38,828 nt of DNA, from positions 1 to 38,828 of the forward strand of contig JBBPYJ010000197.1 in assembly GCA_038200025.1 (NCBI GenBank), given 5' to 3'. How positions within the stretch are numbered: the first letter of the stretch is position 1; each line of letters begins with the position of its first letter. A program made the translations under genes and the position numbers. Source of the DNA: Propionibacteriales bacterium (lineage in GTDB: Bacteria > Actinomycetota > Actinomycetes > Propionibacteriales > Nocardioidaceae). Of this stretch, positions 8,028 to 17,163 are shown one piece after another. The notes under the pieces are model-generated. The model was not told where the DNA came from. It made no database searches and worked only from the letters and a program-made list of their open reading frames with translations.

Positions 8028-11005
8028 GCATCCAAGAAATCGACTCACCCGTCGACACCGCCGTTCACCCTGGCCTCGACGGGTTCAGCGGACCCATCGG
8101 GGAGCGCGACTACGGCACCCCGAAGGTCACCGGCACCGCGACGGTGCAGGTCACCATCGACGGCCAGCCCATCGACGTACCAGCCGGCACCTCGGTGCTG
8201 CGCGCGGCCACCGAGGTCGGCGTGGAGATCCCGAAGCTGTGTGCGACCGACTCGCTCAAGGCGTTCGGCTCGTGTCGGATGTGTGTGGTCGAGATCGACG
8301 GCGCCCGCGGCGTGCCCGCCTCCTGCACCACCCCGTGTGCCGACGGCATGGTCGTGGCCACCGCGACCGAGCAGGTCCAGCGGCTGCGTCGCAACACGAT
8401 GGAGCTCTACCTCTCCGACCACCCCGAGGACTGCGACGGTTGTGCTCGCGGCAACTGCGAGATGCAGGCAATGGCGGTCTCCCTGGACTCCGCCGAGGTG
8501 CGCTACGGCCGTCCGGAACGCACGAGCCGCTCGGCTGCCGCAGAGTCGTTGAAGGCCCCGATGGCCACCGAGGACTTCGCCGCCCCTGAGGGGATCTTGT
8601 CCCGGCCGGTCCCGTTCGATGACTCCAACCCCTACTTCGCCTTCGACGCCGCCTCCTGCATCGTGTGCTCGCGCTGCGTGCGGGCCTGCTCGGAGGTCCA
8701 AGGCACCTTCGCGCTGACGGTGGAGGGCCGCGGCTTCGGCTCGACCATCAGCGCCAGCGGCACCGACTTCTTGTCCTCCGAGTGCGTGTCCTGCGGCGCC
8801 TGCGTGCAGGCCTGCCCGACCTCGGCGCTCCAGGAGCATTCGATCGTTCAACTCGGCATGCCGACCCGTTCGGTCGACACCACCTGCGCCTACTGCGGCG
8901 TGGGCTGCTCGTTCCGCGCCGAGGTCCAGGGCGAGGGAGCCGACTCCAAGGTCGTCCGGATGGTCCCGACCAAGGCCGGCGGCGCCAACGAGGGCCACAG
9001 CTGCGTCAAGGGCCGGTTCGCCTACGGGTACGCCGCTCACGACGACCGCCAGCTGTCTCCGATGGTGCGCGACACCATCGACGACGAATGGCGCAAGGTC
9101 TCGTGGGAGGAAGCGATCGCCAAGGTCGCCGACGGCTTCAAGGCCCTCCAGGCCGAGCACGGTGTCGGTGCGATCGGCGGCATCTCGTCAAGCCGCTGCA
9201 CCAATGAGGAGGTGTACGTCGTCCAGAAGATGGTGCGGGCGGCCTTCGGCAACAACAACATCGATACCTGTGCCCGGGTCTGCCACTCGCCCACCGGCTA
9301 CGGCCTGAAGCAGACCTTCGGCACCTCGGCCGGCACCCAGGACTTCCGCTCGGTCGAGGAGACCGACGTGATCCTGCTGATCGGCGCCAACCCGACCGAC
9401 GCGCACCCGGTCTTCGCGTCGCGGATGAAGCGTCGCCTGCGCGCCGGCGCGAAGCTGATCGTGGCCGATCCCCGCCGCATCGACCTGGTCCGCAGCCCGC
9501 ACGTCGAGGCCGAGCACCACCTGCCGCTGCTGCCCGGCTCCAACGTCGCCTTCATCAACGCGATGGCGCACGTCATCGTCACCGAGGGCCTGCACGACCA
9601 GCAGTTCCTCGCCGAGCGTTGCGAGGACGTCAACGGCTTCTTGTCTTTTATCGCCGACCTCGGACACTCCCCCGAGGCCACCGAGGAGTTCACCGGCGTC
9701 CCGGCCGCGGAGCTGCGGGCGGCGGCTCGGCTCTTCGCCAGCGGCGCGAACGGTGCGGTCTACTACGGACTCGGCGTGACCGAGCACTCGCAGGGCTCCA
9801 CGATGGTGATGGGGTTGGCCAACCTGGCCATGCTGACCGGCAACATCGGTCGCCCCGGCGTCGGGATCAACCCGCTGCGTGGTCAGAACAACGTGCAGGG
9901 CGCCTGCGACATGGGCTCCTTCCCGCACGAGCTGCCCGGCTACCGGCACGTCTCCGAAGACAGCGTCCGCGCCATCTACGAAGAGCTGTGGGGCCGCACC
10001 CTGGACCCCGAGCCGGGTCTGCGGATCCCCAACATGTTCGACTCCGCGCTCTCCGGTGACTTCCGCGGCCTCTATGTGCAAGGTGAGGACATCGCGCAGA
10101 GCGATCCCAACACCACCCACGTCGAAGCCGCACTACGGGCCATGGACCTGGTGGTCGTCCAGGACCTGTTCCTCAACGAGACCGCGCGGTTCGCACACGT
10201 CTTCCTGCCCGGCACGTCGTTCCTGGAGAAGGACGGCACCTTCACCAACGCCGAGCGTCGGATCAACCGGGTGCGCCCGGTGTTCGACTCGAAGGTCGGC
10301 AAGGACGAGTGGGACATCACCTGTGCCATCGGCCGGGCGATGGGCTACGACATGTCCTACGCCAGTGCCTCGGAGATCATGGACGAGATCGCGGCCACGA
10401 CCCCGACGTTCGCGGGGGTCTCGTTCGCTCGTCTCGACGCCGAGGGCTCGATGCAGTGGCCGGTCACTGACGCCGCCCCGACGGGCACCCCGACCATGCA
10501 CGTGGATCAGTTCGTGCGCGGCAAGGGCCGGCTGGTGGAGACGGTGTTCGTGCCGACCACCGAGCGTTCCACGCGCCGGTTCCCGCTGATCTTGACCACC
10601 GGACGGATCCTGAGCCAGTACAACGTCGGCGCCCAGACCCGACGTACGTCCAACAGCACCTGGCACCCCGAGGACATCTTGGAGTTGCACCCGGCCGACG
10701 CCGAGATGCGCGGCATCTCCACCGGCGATCTGGTCGACCTGTCCAGCCGCGTGGGGAGCACGACGCTGCGCGCGATGGTGTCCGAGCGGATGCCACCCGG
10801 GGTCGTCTACACGACCTTCCACCACCCGGTGACCGGTGCGAACGTGGTGACCACCGACAACTCTGACTGGGCCACGAACTGCCCCGAATACAAGGTCACG
10901 GCCGTCCAGGTGGGGGTGGCCAACTCGCGGGGAGCCACCGACGCCGAGGCCGCTGCTATCCCGTCGTACGGCGACCTGCCCGAGCCCGCCGAGACTCGCG
11001 CCTGA
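8024..11005 (+). CDS. fdsA: NAD-dependent formate dehydrogenase alpha subunit (Mo-bis-PGD, Cys-type)
   Basis: N-terminal Fe-S motifs (IPKLC..GSCRMC, CIVCSRCVRAC, CVSCGACVQAC, CAYCGVGC), active site NNIDTCARVCH, PLRGQNNVQG, CPEYK; ATGA overlap with fdsB. Confidence 0.96.
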   Translation: MSIQEIDSPVDTAVHPGLDGFSGPIGERDYGTPKVTGTATVQVTIDGQPIDVPAGTSVLRAATEVGVEIPKLCATDSLKAFGSCRMCVVEIDGARGVPASCTTPCADGMVVATATEQVQRLRRNTMELYLSDHPEDCDGCARGNCEMQAMAVSLDSAEVRYGRPERTSRSAAAESLKAPMATEDFAAPEGILSRPVPFDDSNPYFAFDAASCIVCSRCVRACSEVQGTFALTVEGRGFGSTISASGTDFLSSECVSCGACVQACPTSALQEHSIVQLGMPTRSVDTTCAYCGVGCSFRAEVQGEGADSKVVRMVPTKAGGANEGHSCVKGRFAYGYAAHDDRQLSPMVRDTIDDEWRKVSWEEAIAKVADGFKALQAEHGVGAIGGISSSRCTNEEVYVVQKMVRAAFGNNNIDTCARVCHSPTGYGLKQTFGTSAGTQDFRSVEETDVILLIGANPTDAHPVFASRMKRRLRAGAKLIVADPRRIDLVRSPHVEAEHHLPLLPGSNVAFINAMAHVIVTEGLHDQQFLAERCEDVNGFLSFIADLGHSPEATEEFTGVPAAELRAAARLFASGANGAVYYGLGVTEHSQGSTMVMGLANLAMLTGNIGRPGVGINPLRGQNNVQGACDMGSFPHELPGYRHVSEDSVRAIYEELWGRTLDPEPGLRIPNMFDSALSGDFRGLYVQGEDIAQSDPNTTHVEAALRAMDLVVVQDLFLNETARFAHVFLPGTSFLEKDGTFTNAERRINRVRPVFDSKVGKDEWDITCAIGRAMGYDMSYASASEIMDEIAATTPTFAGVSFARLDAEGSMQWPVTDAAPTGTPTMHVDQFVRGKGRLVETVFVPTTERSTRRFPLILTTGRILSQYNVGAQTRRTSNSTWHPEDILELHPADAEMRGISTGDLVDLSSRVGSTTLRAMVSERMPPGVVYTTFHHPVTGANVVTTDNSDWATNCPEYKVTAVQVGVANSRGATDAEAAAIPSYGDLPEPAETRA

Positions 11006-11241
11006 TGACCCCCGAGGCGCGGATGAGCAACGACATCGCCCGGCACTTCAAGCACCTGCCCAATGAAGTCGCCGTCGATGCCATCGCGCGCCACATCGAG
11101 ACGTTCTGGGACCCAGCCATGCGCGAGCGACTGCGCAATCTGGCCCTGGCTCATGACGACTCGCTCGACGCGCAGGTGACGGCGGCGGCGAAGGTGTTGA
11201 AGCGCAAGCCCGAGCGGCACGAGACGCAGGCCCAACCCTGA
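11005..11241 (+). CDS. fdsD: Formate dehydrogenase delta subunit
   Basis: RMSNDIARHF...AIARHIETFWDPAMR, the FdsD signature; coupled to fdsA. Confidence 0.9.
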   Translation: MTPEARMSNDIARHFKHLPNEVAVDAIARHIETFWDPAMRERLRNLALAHDDSLDAQVTAAAKVLKRKPERHETQAQP

Positions 11242-11272
11242 CCCGGGTGTGCCCCGCCAGCACTTTTCGGTG

Positions 11273-11304
11273 TTGAGCCTGACACGGTGTCAGGAGCCTA
11301 GAAC
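11273..11304 (+). promoter_or_regulatory. MerR-type promoter/operator
   Basis: TTGAGC (-35) is followed by the perfect dyad CCTGACAC-G-GTGTCAGG (11278-11294) in a long spacer of about 20 bp before TAGAAC, directly ahead of a MerR-family gene. Confidence 0.7.
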
Positions 11305-11313
11305 AGTGACGTC

Positions 11314-12004
11314 ATGTTAAGTATCGGAGAGTTCGCCAGGTTCACTGGAGTCTCGGTGCGGATGCTGCGTCGGGCCTGGGGAACTGCACGGCATGTTGGC
11401 TTTGAAGTGATCCCAGATCGCGGAGCAGCTGACTGCCGATGCCGACAGGCTCCAGCGGATCGACGCGAGACTCCGCATCATCGAGAAGGAGAACGCTATG
11501 TCAGAGATCCAGTTCACCGAGAAGCCCTTGCCGTCCGTGCTGCTCGCCCAGACCCGCAGCCGAGGAGAGCGGCGGCGCGGTGCGCTCACCACCGAGGTGG
11601 CGGGTGTCGAGGAGATCGGCGATCTCGTGGGGACGATGTTCGGTCGGCTGATGCCCACGCTGGGCCAGGCCAGCGTGCCCTTCGAGGCCGCGCCGATGGC
11701 CTGGTACGAGGGACGCGAGGAGGCCATGGCCCTCGGCGTCGGGGTGCCGATCGCCGAGAGCTCGCGTCAACGGGCCGAATCCCTGGAGGGCGTGCAGATC
11801 GAAGAGCTGCCGGAGGCCGAGCGGGCCCTGACCGTCGTGCATCTGGGCGCGATGGACAGCATCGCCCGAACCTGGCAGACCCTGCAGAGCGAGATGGAGA
11901 ACCTCGGCCTGCGACCGGGCGGTCGGGGGCGTGAGATCTACCTCGAGATGCCGCAGGACAATCCGGATGCGTGGGTCACCGAGCTCCAGCTGCCGATCTC
12001 CTAG
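11314..12004 (+). pseudogene. MerR-family regulator with GyrI-like effector domain; HTH disrupted, C-terminal ORF 11498-12004 still open
   Basis: MLSIGEFARFTGVSVRMLR, then an internal deletion/frameshift at about 11370. It resumes as ELHGMLALK*SQIAEQL..RLQRIDARLRIIEKE (TGA 11408-11410), followed by a GyrI-like domain (VHLGAMDSI..W, REIYLE, WVTELQLPI). Confidence 0.82.
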
Positions 12005-12051
12005 GTCGCCGGACCCGGTTCGGCGGGTTGGGGGTGGTGGTCGTGCGTAGA

Positions 12052-12885
12052 GTGACCGCCGTGTCTCTCGCGCGTCGCCCCGGCCCGTCGGTCCGAGTGC
12101 GTGTTGCCGAGACCGACGGTGAGATCACCAGCGACCGCGAAGACCGGCTGATCACCGAGGAGCCGCTCGAGCTTCGCGTGGTCTCCCCGGGCACGCCCGC
12201 CGCGCGCGTGTGGGTCACCATGCGGACACCGGGGCACGACTTCGAGCTGGCCGCGGGGTGGGCCCTGCACGAGGGGATGATCCGCCCCGATCAGTTGCGC
12301 GGTGTCGCCTACTGCACCGATGACGATCTGACCCCGGACCAGGAGTTCAACGTGGTGACGTTGACCCTGGACTCTGCGCCGTTGATCGATGTCGGCCACC
12401 GGCACACCGTCCTGGGAGCCGGGTCGGCCTGCGGGGTCTGCGGTAAGGACTCGATCGCCGCGGTGCTCGACGTCCCCCGGGGATCTGCCTGGACTGGCGC
12501 GCGACCACACTTGGACGTCGTACGCCGACTGCCCGACCGGCTGCGGGAGAAGCAGTCGCTCTTCGAGCGCACCGGTGGGGTGCACGCGGCGGGGCTGGCG
12601 ACCGCCGACGGCGAGATGCTGGTGGTGCGCGAGGACGTCGGCCGTCACAACGCCGTGGACAAGGTCACCGGAGCCCGGCTGCTGGCCGGCGCGCCGATTG
12701 CCGACGCCGTGCTGGTGATCAGCGGACGGGCCGGTTACGAGTTGGTTCAGAAGGCGGTGGCGGCCGGGATCGGCAGCCTGGTCGCGGTCGGCGCGCCGAC
12801 CAGTCTCGCGGCCCGACTGGCCGAGGAGGCCCAGCTGGGTCTTTACGGCTTTACCCGGGGGGAGCGCACCGTTCGCTACGCCTGA
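12052..12885 (+). CDS. fdhD: Formate dehydrogenase accessory sulfurtransferase FdhD (FdsC)
   Basis: EEPLE, TMRTPGHDFELAAG, SACGVCG, TGGVHAA, EDVGRHNAVDK and GAPTSLA. Confidence 0.95.
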   Translation: MTAVSLARRPGPSVRVRVAETDGEITSDREDRLITEEPLELRVVSPGTPAARVWVTMRTPGHDFELAAGWALHEGMIRPDQLRGVAYCTDDDLTPDQEFNVVTLTLDSAPLIDVGHRHTVLGAGSACGVCGKDSIAAVLDVPRGSAWTGARPHLDVVRRLPDRLREKQSLFERTGGVHAAGLATADGEMLVVREDVGRHNAVDKVTGARLLAGAPIADAVLVISGRAGYELVQKAVAAGIGSLVAVGAPTSLAARLAEEAQLGLYGFTRGERTVRYA

Positions 12886-12936
12886 CGGGCGGCGTGGGTC
12901 CGCAGCACTGTCGGTGGCTCGATCTAGGTTCTTCGT

Positions 12937-14106
12937 GTGCGCATCCTTCACACCTCGGACTGGCATCTGGGCCGGTCATTTCACCGTGAGGGGATGCTCG
13001 AGCACCAGGCAACCTACGTCGACCACCTGCTGGCCGTCGTGGCGGCGGAGCGCGTCGATGTCGTCGTGGTGGCCGGTGACATCTACGACCGCGCCCTCCC
13101 CCAGGTCGACGCCGTCCGGCTGGCCGACGAGACCTTCGCACGGTTGGCCGCCTCGCGAGCCAAGGTGGTGGTCAGCAGTGGCAACCACGACTCCGCCCAG
13201 CGGCTCGGCTTCGGCTCCCGGCTGATCGATGCCGCCGGGGTGTTCATCCGTACGGATTCGGCCGCGGTCGGCACTCCGGTGCTGCTCGAAGACCAGCACG
13301 GGCCAGTGGCCATCCATGCGATCCCCTACCTCGAGCCGGACACCCTGCGGCTGCCTTGGGGGCTCACCGGGCGTTCTCACGAGGCAGCGTTGACCGAGGC
13401 GATGCACCGGGTCCGTGCCGACCTGAGCCAGCGCCCGTCGGGCACCCGCTCGGTGGTGCTCGCCCATGCGTTCGTGGCCGGTGGAGCGCCCAGCGAGTCC
13501 GAGCGGGACATCTCGGTCGGTGGGGTTTCGATAGTGCCGACCGGGGTCTTCGACGGCGTGGACTACGTCGCGTTGGGCCACCTGCACGGACGCCACACGA
13601 TGACCGATCGAATCCGCTACAGCGGGTCGCCGCTGGCCTACTCGTTCTCCGAGGCCGACCAGCACAAGGGGTCGTGGCTCGTCGATCTCGACGCCTCCGG
13701 TGCGGTGACCGCGGAGTTCATCGACGCCCCGGTCCCCCGGCGGTTGGCCCGACTGCGTGGCGACCTGGCGTCGTTGCTCGCTGACCCGGACTTGGACCGC
13801 CACCGCGACGCCTACGTCCAGGTGACGCTGACCGACGACCGGCGCCCGGAGCGGGCGATGGAGCGGCTGCGCTCGAGGTTCGCGCACACGCTGGTGCTGA
13901 GCTTCGAGCCAGCCGGTGGACCGGGCAACGCCACCCCGGTTGCGCGCCCTAGCGGTCGTGGTGACCACGAGATCGCCCTGGAGTTCGTCACGGACCTGCG
14001 GGGATCGCCGGCCACCGACGCGGAGTCCCGGTTGTTGGGGGAGGCCCTGGACGCATGCTGCGTCGATCCCGAGCGCGACGTACTGGTCGGCAGCGGTGGC
14101 CGATGA
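12937..14106 (+). CDS. sbcD: Exonuclease SbcCD subunit D
   Basis: HTSDWHLG, AGDIYD, GNHD, ALGHLH and RYSGSPLAYSFSE. Confidence 0.96.
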   Translation: MRILHTSDWHLGRSFHREGMLEHQATYVDHLLAVVAAERVDVVVVAGDIYDRALPQVDAVRLADETFARLAASRAKVVVSSGNHDSAQRLGFGSRLIDAAGVFIRTDSAAVGTPVLLEDQHGPVAIHAIPYLEPDTLRLPWGLTGRSHEAALTEAMHRVRADLSQRPSGTRSVVLAHAFVAGGAPSESERDISVGGVSIVPTGVFDGVDYVALGHLHGRHTMTDRIRYSGSPLAYSFSEADQHKGSWLVDLDASGAVTAEFIDAPVPRRLARLRGDLASLLADPDLDRHRDAYVQVTLTDDRRPERAMERLRSRFAHTLVLSFEPAGGPGNATPVARPSGRGDHEIALEFVTDLRGSPATDAESRLLGEALDACCVDPERDVLVGSGGR

Positions 14107-17100
14107 GACTCCACCGCCTGGACCTACGCGCCTTCGGGCCGTTCGCCGACGACACCACCGTCGACTTCGACGCGCTGTCCGCCGCCGGGTTGTTCCTGCT
14201 CAGTGGTGACACCGGAGCAGGCAAGACCAGTGTCCTCGACGCGGTCTGCTTCGCCCTGTACGGCGACGTGCCCGGTGATCGAAGCACCGCCAAGCGACTG
14301 CGCTGCGACCAAGCAGGTCCGGGGGTGTCTCCCCAGGTCACCCTGGAGGCCACCTTGTCGGGCCACCGCTTCAAGATCACCCGGTCGCCGGCCTGGGATC
14401 GCCCCAAGCGTCGCGGCACGGGGTTGACCAGGCAGCAGGCCAGCGTAGTGATCGCCGAGTGGGTGGACGACGAATGGTTGACCCGGTCGACCCGACTGGA
14501 CGAGGCGGGCTATCTCATCGGTGAGATCACCGGGCTCAACCTCGACCAGTTCTGCCAGGTGGCGATGCTGCCGCAGGGTCGCTTCCAGGCGTTCCTGCGG
14601 GCCGGCTCCGAGGAGCGGCACAAGCTCCTCCAACAGCTTTTCAGAACCGGTCGTTTCGAGGCTGTCGAAGGTTGGCTGCGCGACCACCGCTCCTCGCTCC
14701 GCAAAGTTTCGTTGTCCCACCGAGAGGTCATCGACGACCTGGTCAGCCGACTGAGCGAAGTTGCTTCCTGGGATGGCGAAGACACCTCACCTACCCACCA
14801 CCTCAACGGTCTGGGCGAGCCGGACGGGCAGGACGGGCTGGACGAGCCCGACGGGCCGGCGCGTGCCGAAAATTGGGCCGCGGCGCTGCTCGACAATGCG
14901 CTGAGCGAGAGTGTCGCCGCCGAGATCGAGGCTGGGTCCAGCACAGCTGCCGCCGACCAGGCTAATGCCGCCTTGGCCCAAGCCAAGCACCTCGCCGATC
15001 TCCAGTCGCGACACGCGGCCGCGGTCGCGCAGGCGGCCCGGCTCGATGAGCAACAGCCGACCCACGACGAGGCGACCGCCCGGCTTGCTGCTGCGGCCCG
15101 GGCTGACCGGGTGCTGCCCACCCTGGATCACGCCACCGCTGCTGACCAACGAGCACTGGAGACACAAGCCGAGGTGGCGCGGACGTCGGTGGGCCTGGCC
15201 GACCGCGGTGTCGTTGCCGAATCCACCTCGTTGGGCACCCTGAGAGCGTCGACGTTGTCTGCGGTGGCGCAGGCTTCGGCGCTGGCTCCCCGGGAGAGGC
15301 GACTCAACGAACTGCGCCTCGCGGTCGACTCCTACACCGACCGGATCGCTTCCTTGGACCGCGACATCGCCGAGGACCAGGAGTCCCTTGCGGCCGGCGC
15401 CATCCGCGCGGAGTCCTGCCAGCGTGAGCTGACCGCGGCCCAGAGTGCCGCGAGCCGCCTCGAGGGGGCCCGAGTTCATGCGCAGACCCTGGCGGGCCAG
15501 CAGACAGCGAGTCGGCAGCTGCACGCGCTGGCCCCGCAGCTTGCCGACGCTACCGCCGAGCTGGCCGCCGCCGTCGACCAGGCGCAACGCCACACCCAGC
15601 TCTGGCTCGACCTGCGCGAGCAACGGCTGACCCAGATGGCCGCCGAGATTGCCGTAGGCCTCGCCGTCGGGGGTTGTTGCCCGGTCTGTGGGTCGTCCGA
15701 TCACCCCAGCCCGGCTTCCCGACTCGACGGAGCCCCGGATGCCGCGTCCGAGCGCGAGGCCCGACGCAGCGTCGACGACGCCGAGACAGAGCGCCACCTG
15801 CGCAGCGAGCACTTGCGCGACCTCACCACCCGCCAGGCACTCGCTGACCAGGTGCTAGCCGGCGCCGATGTCTCGACGCTGGCCGCTCGGGCTTCCACCG
15901 CAGGCGCAGAAGTCACCGCGCTCGGTGCGCTCGCGGCGTCGGTCGAGTCTCTGGGCGCCGAGCTGCGCCTGATCGGCTCCGAGACGACCCGGCTGACGGG
16001 TCGACGCGACGCGGCCCTACTCGAACGCACCGGCGTCGAGGCGGCGGCGGCAGCCCAACGGGGCGAAGCCGCGTCGATCGAGGTCGAGGTTGCTGCGGCG
16101 TTGGCCGACACCCCGGACGTTGATCTACTCAGCAGGGCGGACCGATTGACGGCTCTAGCCGACGCCTGTGCGTCCGTGCTCGCCGCACAAGAATCGGCCG
16201 ACGTTGCTCGCAGGGAACAGGACCGGGCCCAGGCAGCCGCGGTCCGAAGCCTGAGCGAGAGCGGGTTCGTCGATGCCGACCAGGCGCGCCAGAACTCCTT
16301 GACGCCGACCGCCCGCGACCGGCTCGCCGGACAGATCGGCCGGTTCGATGCCAGCCGGCTGGCGGCGTCGAGGCTGCTAGATGACGATGAGTTGACCGCT
16401 GCAGCCGGCACCGTGGCCCCCGACGTGACGGGCCTGGCCGCTGTCGAGCTGAACGCCCGCCACGTCGCAGGGGCAACACAGACCAGGTCAGTTCGGCTCC
16501 GCGAGCGGTGCTCCCGCGTGCAGCAGCTCCACGGCGAGCTGGCCGCGACGCTTGATGCCTGGCGTCCGGTGCGGGCCGACCTGGACATCGCGACGGCGAT
16601 GGCAACGTTCGCCGACGGCCGCTCAGGCGACAACCGGCTGCAGATGCGACTGTCGGCCTACGTGCTGGCCTATCGGCTGGGACAGGTCGTGGACGCAGCC
16701 AACCTGCGACTGGCCACGATGAGCGACCAGCGCTACTCCCTGGTGCACACCGGCAAGCGTGGTGCCGGCGAACGCCGAGGTGGTCTGAGCCTGCTGGTGC
16801 GCGACGACTGGTCGGGTGTGTGCCGCGATCCGGCGACGTTGTCGGGCGGTGAGACCTTCGTGGTCTCCCTGGCGCTCGCACTCGGGCTGGCCGACGTGAT
16901 CACCCACGAGTCCGATCACGGTTCTGCGGGTGACTCCAGGCTCGACACACTGTTCGTGGACGAGGGGTTCGGAAGTCTGGACGCCGACACCCTCGATGAC
17001 GTGATGGGCACCTTGGACTCCCTACGCGAGGGCGGGCGGGTGATCGGAGTGGTCAGTCACGTGCCGGCGATGCGCGAGCGGATCCCGACCCGACTCGACG

Positions 17101-17153
17101 TGGTCAAGCATCGACAGGGATCACGGGTGCGCGGGCCGCAGGTGGACGGCTAG
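14103..17153 (+). CDS. sbcC: SMC-like ATPase SbcC
   Basis: AFGPF, Walker A GDTGAGKTS, LPQGRF, coiled coil with zinc hook CPVCGS, LSGGE, LFVDEGFGSLD and VVSH. Confidence 0.96.
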   Translation: MRLHRLDLRAFGPFADDTTVDFDALSAAGLFLLSGDTGAGKTSVLDAVCFALYGDVPGDRSTAKRLRCDQAGPGVSPQVTLEATLSGHRFKITRSPAWDRPKRRGTGLTRQQASVVIAEWVDDEWLTRSTRLDEAGYLIGEITGLNLDQFCQVAMLPQGRFQAFLRAGSEERHKLLQQLFRTGRFEAVEGWLRDHRSSLRKVSLSHREVIDDLVSRLSEVASWDGEDTSPTHHLNGLGEPDGQDGLDEPDGPARAENWAAALLDNALSESVAAEIEAGSSTAAADQANAALAQAKHLADLQSRHAAAVAQAARLDEQQPTHDEATARLAAAARADRVLPTLDHATAADQRALETQAEVARTSVGLADRGVVAESTSLGTLRASTLSAVAQASALAPRERRLNELRLAVDSYTDRIASLDRDIAEDQESLAAGAIRAESCQRELTAAQSAASRLEGARVHAQTLAGQQTASRQLHALAPQLADATAELAAAVDQAQRHTQLWLDLREQRLTQMAAEIAVGLAVGGCCPVCGSSDHPSPASRLDGAPDAASEREARRSVDDAETERHLRSEHLRDLTTRQALADQVLAGADVSTLAARASTAGAEVTALGALAASVESLGAELRLIGSETTRLTGRRDAALLERTGVEAAAAAQRGEAASIEVEVAAALADTPDVDLLSRADRLTALADACASVLAAQESADVARREQDRAQAAAVRSLSESGFVDADQARQNSLTPTARDRLAGQIGRFDASRLAASRLLDDDELTAAAGTVAPDVTGLAAVELNARHVAGATQTRSVRLRERCSRVQQLHGELAATLDAWRPVRADLDIATAMATFADGRSGDNRLQMRLSAYVLAYRLGQVVDAANLRLATMSDQRYSLVHTGKRGAGERRGGLSLLVRDDWSGVCRDPATLSGGETFVVSLALALGLADVITHESDHGSAGDSRLDTLFVDEGFGSLDADTLDDVMGTLDSLREGGRVIGVVSHVPAMRERIPTRLDVVKHRQGSRVRGPQVDG

Positions 17154-17163
17154 GTTCGTCATC

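Noticed and set aside
8024-11005. Possible selenocysteine formate dehydrogenase
   Set aside because: The active-site codon is TGT (Cys) and there is no in-frame TGA.
11408-11410. In-frame TGA in the MerR gene as possible recoding
   Set aside because: The position corresponds to a coiled-coil Arg (CGA to TGA), and the gene also has a deletion; simple decay explains it.
12937-17153. SbcCD as a novel SMC-nuclease defence system
   Set aside because: Canonical housekeeping SbcCD motifs and no accessory defence genes.
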